A stretch of DNA of 64,000 nt from Takakia lepidozioides (Eukaryota; Plantae; Bryophyta), in the NCBI GenBank assembly GCA_030704615.1, contig CM060734.1, forward strand, positions 9,424,001 through 9,488,000. Direction: 5' to 3'. The position numbers were made by a program, and so were the translations under genes. Positions 12,889 to 26,591 of the stretch are shown piece after piece; the stretch's first letter is position 1; every line of letters begins with the position of its first letter. The notes beneath the pieces are model-generated. The model searched no databases, was not told the DNA's origin, and saw only the letters and a list, made by a program, of their open reading frames with translations.

Positions 12889-13169
12889 CTTATCAATGTT
12901 GACAGGTGATGTGGGCAACTACAAACCGGAGTGTGTACTGGTATTGCCCCATCCTGGATGTGACCCTTGCTTGTTCTCTCCACTGCTGCTGCTTCTATTT
13001 TTCAATTTCCTTGAGCTTAGAGGGGTGGAGATTAAGCTGGCGTCAACGCCATCTTAATCCAGACCTAGACAGGTAGCCATTCAGACATACCATTGCAATG
13101 ACGCTCTGTGATGTGGTCGAGCAAATTCACTCAGTGGTGCTGGAACACAAGATGCAACATAGGAAGGTC

Positions 13170-13290
13170 ACAGAAAGGGGTGCGACCGATCATGGTCACT
13201 TTCATTAGCGGAGTCAATGTATGTGCCAACCTTGGATATCTGAGGAAGGGCAAGCAAGTCCATGCTCATCTCATCAAAGCAGGAATTGCA
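13170..13290 (+). pseudogene. Isolated PLS-PPR L-motif fragment
   Basis: GVRPIMVTFISGVNVCANLGYLRKGKQVHAHLIKAGI. Confidence 0.65.
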
Positions 13291-13569
13291 TCATACATCA
13301 GACAGTATCACCTTTATTCCACTCTACTTTCATCCAGATTTTTATCATATCACATTCATCCATCATTCATCCACTCACCAATCTTATTGCTAAGCCTTAG
13401 TCACACTCCAGGAATACTAAGCTCCCTTTTCGGCGGTTAAGCCCCGCAGCAATAGGGCTTCTAGGAGTTGACGGACCGCGGTAATAGGCCCAACCCTAAA
13501 TTCTAATTCCGAGGAACGTGAGCAGAATTCTGCTCACAGTATTTTCTGCTCACGTGAGCTGCTCACAAT

Positions 13570-16409
13570 CTAGCACGCCCCGCCAGCTACATGCCCATGG
13601 GGTGGTTCTGCACCTCCCTTCTCCTCTAGATTGAGCTCTTTTTCAGCCTTCTGATTCCCTTTTCTGGTTTGAACAACATTAATGGTGGGCAGCATGCTGC
13701 CCTCCCCCCAGCTTACATATGACTGACTGACTGAAACAGTTTGTGGCAGGATTGCCCTGCCTATATCCTCACCATCATTCAGACTCTTCCCTGATATATC
13801 CATCCTCTCACACTCTCTTGTCATGCTCTCTCTAAAAATCTCATCATGCTGATCCTGCAACACAACATTAGCAGCAAAACTAACTCTCTTATCCTCATAA
13901 TATGGGTTGCTCACAGGAGCACCCAGCTTCTTCATAATGCCCTTAAACTTAACCCCTTTCTCCAGATGCTTCTTGCTATGCCCTGATTCCACAAACTCAA
14001 AAGAGAGGTCCTCTAGACTGTTACATCCGGTGTAGTGCTCAGACCACAGCCACCAGAAAGGATCCAAGTTAGACTTGACAAAGAAATGCTGCCCTACAAG
14101 CTGCTTTCTAAAATGCCAGAAACCCCACACACAAATATAATATTCTTCTCTCTTATATGCAATGCTCCCTAGATTTACCACATAAGATACCTCTCTATAG
14201 ACTCTGGATTCCAACCTTTTGTCCTCTTCCTCACACCAGTACAAAGCAGCAGCAGATGCAGTACCACTGCTGTTAACAATTTCCAACAGAAAAGACCCAC
14301 TGCACTTATCCACCTTGTCCTCAGATTGACACATGACAGCATGGTTAACTTCCAACTCCTCAGATTCTTCAGCTGGTCCCACTAGGAATCTGCTCAATGC
14401 ATCTACGTTGGAATGCTTGGATCCTGCCCTATGTACTATCTCAAAATCAAAATCTTGGAGCATCATGATCCATCTGCCCCGCCTACCATAGGCATCGCTT
14501 ACAGTGGCCAGCCATTCTAATGGCTTATGATCGGTTCTGATTATGAAAGGGGTAGCATACAATTATTGTCGAAAGTGAACAACTCCCCACACTAAGGCAT
14601 AGCACTCACCTTCCATTGGATGATACTTCTGTTGGGCTTCAGACAAGACCTTGCTCGCATAGGCAATCACATGCTCTCGCCGTTGATGCTTTTGAGACAG
14701 AATGGCCCCCCCGCCCTTCCGAGACCAATCCACATCAAGCGCAATGCCTCAAAGGAATTGTGTGCCTCAGCAGTCCACTTAAAAGGGACATCCTTCTGGG
14801 TTAGTTCAAACAGAGGCACACAAATCATGGCAGACCCCTGGACATAGACTCTGTAGTATCCAGACATACCCACAAAAACCCTCACCCCAGTGGGGTTCCT
14901 TGGTATGGGATAGGCCTGAATGGATGCAATCTTGCTTGGGTCTGGCCTGACCCCATACTTGCAGATACAAATGTATGACCAAGAAAAACAAGCTCAGCAA
15001 TACCAAAAGTGCACTTGTCAGGGTTGAGCTTCAGGTTAGCTCCCTTCAGCCTCTCGAAAATCCTGGCCAGGTGCTGCAGGTGAGAACCCCAATCAAGGCT
15101 GTGAACATTGACATGATCATCAACAAACACTTTAGCAAACTCCTTAATCTCAAGAGCCAGGATGGTGTTCTTGGCTCGTTGAAAGGTCGTTGTGGCGTTC
15201 TTCAGCCCAAAGGGCATGACCAACCACTCATAGAGACCCCTCTTGGTGATGACTGCAGTCTTTTTCACATCATCATCATTCATCTTGATCTGCCAGAACC
15301 CACTCTGAAGATCCAAAGCAGAAAACCAAGCAGCGTTGCCCAATTGATTGAGCACATCATGGATCAAAGGCATAGGATACGAATCCCGCCTTGTCAACCT
15401 GTTGAGTGGGCGGTAGTCCCCACATAAGCGTTTTGACCCATCCTTTTTGGGTGGGAGAGTGACAGGACAAGAAAACTCCGATTTTCTCTCCCTCATCTTC
15501 CCTTGCTACACCAGAATTTCAATCTGCCTCTGCACTTCCCCTTCCTCCCACTCAGACAACGTGCTGGGCTGGCTACGACAAGGAGGGAAACCTAGGTATC
15601 TATCACATGCTCCACCAGCTCGAGCAAAAACCCCAGATCCGCCTTGCTGAGGGCAAAACAGTCCTGATACCCCTTTAACAGTTGTTCCGGCTCTCCGCTG
15701 TTCCTCAGGAACTCCTGGATTGATTTTTATTCTGGCTCGTAAGCTGGCCCAATGGACCTCAGCTTCATAGTCTTTATGGTTATTTGGTGGATCCTGTTTT
15801 ATGCTAAGCACATGTGCCACCATCCTCTCCCTTTCTTCATGAGCAGTGGTCACATTCCAATCATGGAAATCATCCTCGATCTCCGCATTGTGATTCACCA
15901 ACTCTCCTTCCCAAGCCTTAGAATATGCCTCATGAATTATGGAAGAGGCCATACATTTGTCGGTCTCTTGCTGCAGCAGAGCTCTGCCAGCCCTTGGTCA
16001 TGCAGCAGTTCTTCTCCCTCCTTAATTTCTTCAATGCTTCTCTCTACAGCTTCCATACAGACCTTCAGATCCTCATCAATTGAACATCGGCAGAATTTCC
16101 TTCACTTGCTGAAGTGTTGCTAGGAGAGCTGGGCACTTGCTGCTCATCCCTCATTTCACAATCCATATTCTTCTCCAGCAGATGAGTGGCGGGCTTCATG
16201 GTCATTATGTGCTCAGGCACGGCTCTCTCAATTGTTACATTGCTGTCTCCTTCCTCCTCTGCGTGATCTACTTGGTTGATGGTATGCAAAGGAAAGTGAG
16301 CCACTGCTGTGCCTGGCCCATACCTCACTCTCATGGTCTCATTTTCCGTATCAACAACAGCTGTGAACTTCTTCAAGAAATCCAAACCCAAGAGCAGTAT
16401 CAGTATCTA

Positions 16410-16410
<1 letters not shown>
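13570..16410 (-). mobile_element. Degenerate Ty3/Gypsy pol (protease end, RT, RNase H; no integrase seen)
   Basis: LGLDFLKK; KKDGSKRLCGDYRPLN, LDLQSGFWQI, VMPFGLKNA, VFVDD; TDHKPLEWL, NVDALSR; frameshifts. Confidence 0.9.
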
Positions 16411-18004
<1,594 letters not shown>

Positions 18005-19809
18005 GCACTCCATAATAGCTCTAACAACAGATCTCCCGACTGTGAAATCGTATAAACAAACTATGCTCTCACGAACAGCTGCAAACATAAGTATGCTCTC
18101 TCACTGCCAACTCCAAGCAAAACCATGAGCACTCTCACTGCCCAGCTCCAACCAAAAAACTATGCTTTCGCTGCCAAGTGCAAACTCCTTCTCCAAATCT
18201 GTGATGCAGCAGCGCAATCTCCAGCTATTCCCTACGCCAACAACTTTAACAAGGAAGCCCCCAACGTAGATAGAGAGGGAGCCGTTTTTTGTGCTCCGTT
18301 CTATTTTGGGCAAAAGTTGTTTTCTGTCTTTCTCTCTACAGTACCATCTCATTTCATTTCTCTCCAGGGTCACGCTGTTTGACGCAGCCGTGCCATTGTA
18401 CTAATCTGATTAGACAAACTCATTACAAACAAACAGACTCAGTTGAAACACGAAGAGCTTCTTCAGAAATACCTTCCTCAACATTTCTCAAATATTTGGA
18501 TCTGTCAATTGAAATTCATGAGTTGTTGGTGGAGCATTGAACCTATTTTGAGGTGGCAAAGAAAGAGCAACTATATATGGCCCAAGGAAAGCTCAAAAGT
18601 TTATGGGACAGAAGAAAAGCAACAAACACGGAAAAAAGTGGGCCCTGAAAAGAACCATAAACTTGGGTCCACTTCCAAAAATTACCACCTAATGTGCAAA
18701 AAAAATATAGGGTGCTATTTATTCTCTACAAGTAAAAATTAGAACATTTTTCGAAGTAATATAGGGTATGAGAAATATAGGCGGGAGCATTAAAATGAAT
18801 ATAGGGTAGAGGTTAAAGGCTCCAATTACATTTTATTTAGAATTACTCATAGGGTGAAGGTATTTTTGAATGACACGTGTCAAGCAGTGTATGGATATGT
18901 AGCGTGAAAAGAAGGGGGCAAAAACCCTTTTGTAGTTAGTTAGTTGATTGTTCATTGACCAGAGAATGACCCTGCCTACACAATAAAGTGTGGGCAGAGC
19001 TAGGGTTAAGCTGTTTGATTACTTAGATCCATGATGAGCATATGCCACGATGTTTTCCCCTTCCATTCTGTTGCTTTTCTCTCTGACTACTGGCCTTCCT
19101 ATGCAACTATCAGTGCATCCCTTGCTATATGTCAATGCAAAATTTCATAAACAGATATCTAGATGGTTCTTCTCTGCAGCTGCAATCATTGGAAGCAGAG
19201 TGTGTCCCTTGTTAATTCTCATTTAGAAGCAGACCCCACTTCAGCATTGTGTGGTGCAACAATACCCTTGATATCTTGTTCATGGTCTGTGTGTAGTCAC
19301 AGCAAGATATGACATAATGTTATCCCCCCACTACCTTAGCAGCTCAGTAACTCTGACTTACGATAGATGTCAGAATGTATACACCCTCATTGATATCGAT
19401 AGTGATACTCTAGATGAGTTTGTTCCTAGCAAGTAATGAAATGTAAAATGCAAGTTTGCATGGGAATGTAAAACACAAGTTTTTGCTTTGTAAATTTTTA
19501 TTTTATTTATTTTTATATTAATATAGCATATCAAATATTCATGGTTGCTGCTGAATATTAAAAAAAAATAGCCTAATAAAAAATGCTGTATATTAAAAAA
19601 ATTATATAATTATAGGGTGTAGAAAAAACCAAAAAAATAAATTAATACCCCCTAGGAAAATACCCTTTTATCGCACGTGTCTACCAAACTGATAAGGAGT
19701 GCCCCCCCAGACCATAAAGCTATGCTCAAAAACTCTCTTTGTGGACAGAGTGACACTAAGCAAGAGGTACCTCATTGTTGGATTATGTTGCTCTGCCCCA
19801 ACGATTCTA

Positions 19810-20067
19810 GTGTTCCATGAAAGTTTAAGGATTTGCCCATTCAGCTTTGTGAAATTTTGATGAGCACTTCTTATGCAACTTCTCATGGTGACAAGGCCGA
19901 TGGGCGAGATGAATCACTCCCTCCTCCTGGGAGAGACAAACCAACTAACAGGCATAACGGGAGGGAGTTTTTTTTATCTTGGGCCATGGGCCTTGTCACC
20001 ATGAGAAGTTGCATAAGAATTGCTCATCAAAATTAATTCACAGAGCTGAAATCCTTTCATAGAACAC
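19810..20067. repeat. Inverted repeat / foldback (arms about 19810-19905 and 19981-20067)
   Basis: TTTTGATGAGCACTTCTTATGCAACTTCTCATGGTGACAAGGCC is mirrored as its near-exact reverse complement. Confidence 0.85.
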
Positions 20068-21056
20068 TTGAAAAAACACCAGGTTTTATACCACACCAGG
20101 TTCACACCAGATTTATAAATAGTTTCGAAGCTTGATGCCATTCCAGACCAGAACATACATATCTTGCTACAAAAGATCAGACTCCACAAATTGCGTATAA
20201 GGGAAAAATATTCCCCAAGTACTTATGCACAGCATTAAACACAACAACTTTTTTCATTTATTACCTTGGGAGGACCGTTGCTCTAGAAATACCACTGCTG
20301 CTCCCACAAAGATGTGGAAGATACATATTTATACTTCCAAAGAATGATCATGGAGCTTAATGTTTGGGGTTATGTACACAATACTTCACATTTCTTGGTG
20401 TTTTGTAGAATACTGAACTGTCTTGAATGCTCAAGGTCCCCATCAGTCTCGCAGAATTGTCTTATATTAATTTTTATCTCCAGTATGACATCTTTTCATC
20501 GCACGTGAAGCAAGCTTTGTGAGATACTCCATGCTGATGTTATTTTCCGGGGAATTTTGACGTTCTCGGTGGATTTATCTGCCTGAGATCATAGTTCTAA
20601 ACTGCATTATATGTGAACTACACATGTCAACAAAGTCGAGATCAGAAAGAACTAGTCTGTGAACAAATATGCTGGGAGACTAGATATAGGTTTATTGTTT
20701 TCAGTTTATTAGGATATACCGCTGAGTTTCTAAGCTTTCCAGCAGCTTTGCCACGAAGTTCAAAAAGAGCCATGTGTTGAGATACAGGATCCGGGTCCTA
20801 AGATATTAATTAGGAATAGAATTATTTTTGGCTGGAAAAAAATTAAATCCTAATAATGAGTTTTATTTTAACCCATAACTTCCTATGGAACCCGTTTCGG
20901 GTTTCATAGAACAGGATTTATCACCGGATATGGAACTGGTGTATTCCGGTGAGGAAATCGCTGGAGTATCCGTCACAGTCTTCTCCGCGCTCGATCCCTC
21001 TTGAATGTGGCTAAGTGGCTAAGTTCGTTGTAACAACACTCAAGAATTGCGAGAGA

Positions 21057-21064
<8 letters not shown>

Positions 21065-21090
<26 letters not shown>
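21065..21090. repeat. (CT)n microsatellite
   Basis: Direct reading. Confidence 0.9.
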
Positions 21091-22687
21091 TCGCTCTTCC
21101 TTGGTTTTGCGACACAGAAGACTGCCCTGAAAGCTGTCGGTTGGCCGCAGGCTTCAAACTACTGATTCCATTGACACAAATGAGCTTCTGGAACGTTCCC
21201 TTTAGGGAAAATGGGGAGTATGCCCTTATCAATTGATGCAAATTCACACATCAAAGGGAACTGTGCCACAAAGGAAAAAAATTTCACCTTCCCTATGATC
21301 TCCTAGGGAAAGCAAAAAAAATCCCCTTGACTTTTCCTGCCAGCTTTTCCCCATGAGATGTTCCCTGTAGGCTAACTTATCCCTATGTCATTTTCCCTAT
21401 GGGGCAATGCTTATTTCCATGTGGTTTTTGTGATGTTTTTCCTGGTACATTTTCCCCTTAGGTTACATTTCCCCCTGAATTTTTCCCTGCGAGAGTATGT
21501 TTTTTCCCAATGTACATTTCCCTTTCCTTGTGTAAGTTTCCCTGCAAGAGTATGTATTTTTCCCTGTGACTTTTGTAATGCAAGAGTATATCTTTTACCG
21601 ATGTACATTTCCCCTGTAATTTTCCTTGCAAGAGAATGGTTTTCCCGTGCAATTTTCCCCATGACAGTATGTGCTTCATTCCCTGTGATATTTTTGAATG
21701 GTCCTTTTTATCATTCCATAGTCCAAAAAGATCACAGGATTACTGTGTACAGCTTCTCCTCCTTCTGTATGTGGTAACTCTGGCACACAGTTCAGCTAGC
21801 TACCATGAATATTCTTTAGCAAACTTCACAGATGTGAATTTGGGGCATGCCAGTTTCCTGACCTGCTTTCAGTAAAATCCCTATATCCAACAAATGCTCA
21901 TACAGAAATGTTCAAGCCTAATAGACAAGATTCACACAGGTACAAGCCATACCTATCCGCAGTCCCGGTCCCGGACGTTGTCTACATCCAACTGGTCAAT
22001 ACATCTGTCTATGGGGGGTGGAAGGTTCACCAAAACTACTTGGTCCTTCAAGGCCCACTTCACCACCTCATCGAGATACTTGGTCATTTGGTGGAACAAT
22101 GAGCATTTTACTCATTTCTTCTTTAGAATTCTCAATCCATGTGCCAAGGCAAAGGTTATAATGTCTGGCAGAACATCATGAAGATTCTTTAAATCCATGA
22201 CATGCATGGCTATCACTTTTTTCGCCTGAAAGGAAGCTCCTTGAAAACCTGTCACAACCACCCCCCCAATCACCGAGTTCAGGATTCTAAGATCCAACAC
22301 TAAAACAAGCTACTGAAACATTGAAACAGAAGATAAAAAGTGCAACAGCACCAGTTTACCTGCTGATTGTGACTGAGTACCGTTTCTTTCACAATCCTTT
22401 CTCCATGAATTTCATGAAAACCATCAAACCGCTTTCTCTTGGGAACCCTGGAACTTTTTCGTGTGTTGGACTTCGGAATGTTGGAATTTTGTACCTCTAT
22501 CAAATCATTTTTAGTACCTCATATACGAATTCATATTAAAAGATGTCATGGAAAAAATAACCAGGACATGAGGCCATGAGGCTTACATCTATGGATAGAT
22601 TGGGTACAACCCCGAACAACCATCCAGGCAAAGCTTGAAACTAACTATGCTAGAACCCTGAGAGATCAGTAAGCCATGTCTAGAGGT

Positions 22688-23725
22688 CTAAAAAAGTATG
22701 AAGCAGCAGCTAATGCTGCAATAACTAAGTACTGCTAGAGAGTTGCTTGAGAACAAAAATGCTACAGCCTGCCTTTAAGAGGAATAGCAGGCTTGGCTCA
22801 GGAGAACCAAGCTGCTGAAACAAGACAGAAGCTACGATGTATCTAAACAAGAGAAAGACTATTATTAAAAAACTTATACTAGTATGGATTAAGAACTTAT
22901 AATATAAAAATCAAAAGTTTTTTACAAACTTACCAGGTCTGGCATTGTTGGATCAATGCTGAAATCTCCAACAGCAGGATTAACACCCTTCTCACACACA
23001 CTAGACTTCAGAATGCTGGAATTCTGCACAGATATCAATATACTTCAGTACACCTCATAATACTACAGATTATTAAGAACCTCTAAAAAAACCACAAAAA
23101 AAAAACCTCTAAAGAACTTACCATGTCTGAAGTGCTACAATCTTCATTTCCAGAAGTGCCCAAACAAGTCTTGTCCTCCTTCGTAGACCCTACTTTCATC
23201 ACCACTTTCTAAAAAAATATGAAGCAGCTAATGCTGCAATAACTAAGCACTGCTAGAGAGTTGTTTGAGAACAAAACAGCCTGCCTTTGAGAGGAAGAGT
23301 AGGCTTAGCTCAGGAGAAGCAAGCTGCTGAAACAAGACAGAAGCTACGATGTATCTAAACAAGAGAAAGGCTATTATTAAAAAACTTATACTAGTACGGA
23401 TTAAGAACTTATATATAAAAATCAAAAGTCTTTTACAAACTTACCAGGTCTGGCATTGTTGGTTCAATGCTGAAATCTTCAATTCCAACAGCAGGAGTGA
23501 CACCCTTCTCACACACACTAGACTTCAGAGTGCTGGAATTCTGCACAGGTATCAATATACTTCAGTACACCTCATAATACTACAGATTATTAAGAACCTC
23601 TAAAAAAACCACCAAAAAAAAACCTCTAAAGAACTTACCATGTCTGAAGTGCTACAATCTTCATTTCTAGAAGTGCCTAAGCAAGTCTTGTCCTCCTTCG
23701 TGGACCCTACTTTCACCACCACTTT
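22688..23725. repeat. Tandem duplication of about 520 bp (22688-23208 / 23209-23725)
   Basis: Near-identical copies, including the 3' end of ORF 23600-24208. Confidence 0.9.
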
Positions 23726-25075
23726 GTTAGTAATTTCAGTGAATTCTCTTCTGACAGCCAACCGACCAGCTTTTTTATTTTCACTGTGTTTGAATTCTTT
23801 AAACTTCTCATACAAGTCATCCACTGACCACTTCATCTGTACAGTGGTACTGCCATAGCCAAATGAAAATCCAGCCAGTTCAGGCTCACGCTCGCTCAAA
23901 TATTTCTTGACCTCCAGCACTGTAGCAACCTTGTGGCGCATGTTGGTGTCAAAAAAACCTTGCAGTCTTACATCTTTCCTGTCTCTGAACCGATTCCGGA
24001 AACATTGCAAGTTCAAATTATAAACCCTCCATTGGAGAGGGTAATACTTGCGGAGCTTTCGAAGCATCCAATGGTGGCTTCTGGAATATTCTCTCGTATG
24101 TGGGTTGAGATGGTTGAAGGAAATGTGGAGGTGAATTAAGAAAGCAGGGTTCAGCTTATCCTCACACTCCATTGGCTTGAGGGCTGGCGGCTTGAAGGCT
24201 GCTGCCATTGTAAATGGTATCTTCTGTTCAGTATTCTTAGGGCAAGTCCCTCCTTCACTCTCTACCTTTGTTCATTTGTCCAAGCAGGTCCTCAAGGCAT
24301 GCTCTCTGTTAATCTCGTACACAGAGGTCAAAGCAGAGAATGGTTTTTTCTCACTGGATTTTGCTGGCTGCTGAGGTGGTGGCTCTGTCTCGGACAAAAT
24401 GAATTTGGGACCTACTCCTTCAACCCCAACATCTCTTCCCTTATGCAGGAACTTAACTGCATGTCCTCTTTTGATATTGTACATACAGGTCAACTGATTT
24501 GCACTACAATTGAGAAGTTCTGACAATTTCTTCCCTGATGCCTCTATCACATCAACATATTCCATGAAAAATTTCTCATGTAAGTACAGCCGAATGTCTA
24601 AAACATCCTGCACAAAGAGAGAAAGATGCATCAGATTTACTCATAATACAAAAAAGACTCTTAAAAGGGGGACAACATGGCTGCGAAGTGACAACAAAAT
24701 GAAAGGATTAAATAGAAATCACTCCTAACTTGCCTACACAAAAAAAGGGAATGCATCAATTCAGAGTTCAACATTCAGAATTCAGAATGCATAATGCATA
24801 ATTCAAAATTCAAAATTCAAAATTCAGCATGAAAAAGACTTAGAAAAGAGAAAAACATTGGAACATTATGGCTACAAGCAAAAGCAATAATAAAATGAAA
24901 ACATCTAACAGAATCTAACACTTACCTGCTGATGCTCATTTAGCTGAAGGCAGATCTTATCTTCACATGTCATCATTTTCAGAGTTGCAACATCATCCCA
25001 ACCTTCGTCCATGAAAGCTTGCACCAGAGGCTGCAATACATCGTTGCCAAAGAAATTTTCTAAAGCTTTTGCCAT
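23600..25075 (-). pseudogene. Spliced gene with N-terminal SAM-like helical domain; one in-frame stop at 24272-24274
   Basis: Exon 25075-about 24926 (MAKALENFFGNDVLQPLVQAFMDEGWDDVATLKMM...QQ) joins DVLDIRLYLHEKFFMEYVDVIEASGKKLSELLN...IKRGHAVKFL. ORF 23600-24208 is in the same frame. Confidence 0.6.
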
Positions 25076-26178
25076 TCTAACAATCTATCAAAGAAGAGAG
25101 AAAAAAGATAGGTTGCTTTTGATAGGACAGACCACTACAACTGCTCTAACCTCATCAAACCTGATTTCTCCTAAAGAACTCTTTAGCTGTTACCACAGCA
25201 CAACTCAAGGCATACAACTCTCTATATTCTTTCCTAGAATATCTTCTTAATTTCTTGGTTACTATGCTAAGCCTATAAAACAAATCCAGATTCTATCAAA
25301 GAATGAACTATTTCAACTCCAATTGAAACATCATCAAAATCCTGATATGGCTCAACTAGTTTTTGATCTACTTCAGCTGCTAATCTATGCAACAGCAAAA
25401 GGAGAACCCTCCGCACTTTCAAGGCCTTCTCCATTGAGCAAGAAATGAGACGAGAGAAGAGAATGAGAAGACTCTCTCTGCACAAGCACGATAAGTATAG
25501 AAAACGATTTCTGTCATCCATCTTAGTTCTTCATCCTGGGGTTTCATCCTATTCTTCATCATATTTACTATAGTGATATCTTTTTCACTTTTTTTTATTT
25601 TTGTTTTTATGTGTTTTTTCTAGCTTTGCTCTAAAAATCACTGGGATATGCACAAAAAATGAGGATACAGCTGCATTGGTATCCGAAATCCGAAATTCGA
25701 GCCCACTGCATCCTGCACCACCAGATCATGACTCCCGGGTCCAGCACAGCCGAGGTGACGAAAAATTTGTAATGATGCAAGGCTTGAAATACGATAAAAA
25801 CCTCTCTGTCACATGGCCCCAAGTCTTTAACTGACCAGGCGCAAGTCAGGTCTCAACGGCAGCAAATCCCTGCGTGTCCGCTGCCTTCTCCTCTGCTACA
25901 GTGACCAGTGCTTCCACTTCTTTCTCCTGCCATTGTAATGCCCACACCTCTTCCTACTGTCAGCTTCTCCTACAAACATGCAGAACGGTATTTGACTATG
26001 AAAAGAAAGAACGAGCTTTGTCGTGGTGGATATGACAACACCAAAAATGAGGATAGACTATGGTCTGCCATTCCATCTTCACACACCTCCACGCTCACCG
26101 CAGCAGATCTCCCCTTATCCCTTATAAACTGAATCTGATTCTGATTGAGGGATGATCCAATCCCCAGGACAAGCACTG

Positions 26179-26591
26179 TTCATTCCTTCACAAACACATG
26201 CCAAGAATCAGTGTCCCCATATCTACTGACTCGTCCTTAACTCTCTTAGAGGAGACAACATGTAAGCGTGAACACATTGCAAGAGGGCGTAAAGACGGAG
26301 CATGAGCAAAACAAACAAGCAAACAAAGCAAAAAAGAAATGATAAGAGAACTTCTCAAAAGACAGCCCGACCCGCCACTTACACTTAGCATAGTTCACTC
26401 CTTCACAAACACATGCCAGGAATCAGCGTCCCCGTACTGACTCGTCCTCTTAGAGGAGACAACATGTAAGCGTGTTAAGAGAGACGACATATAAGCGTGA
26501 ACACATTGCAAGAGGGCGCAAAGACGGAGCATGAGCAAAACAAAAAAGCACACAAAGCGAAAAAGAAATGATAAGAGAACTTCTCAGAAGA
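26179..26591. repeat. Tandem duplication of about 200 bp
   Basis: TCCTTCACAAACACATGCCA...GAGAACTTCTCA present twice (about 26179 and 26393). Confidence 0.85.

Noticed and set aside
21385-21777. ORFs in the TTTCCC-rich region
   Set aside because: Low-complexity subterminal repeats, not coding.
25700-25860. Gag-like peptide LAPGQLKTWGHVTERFLSYF on the minus strand
   Set aside because: Single short motif without supporting LTR or pol context.
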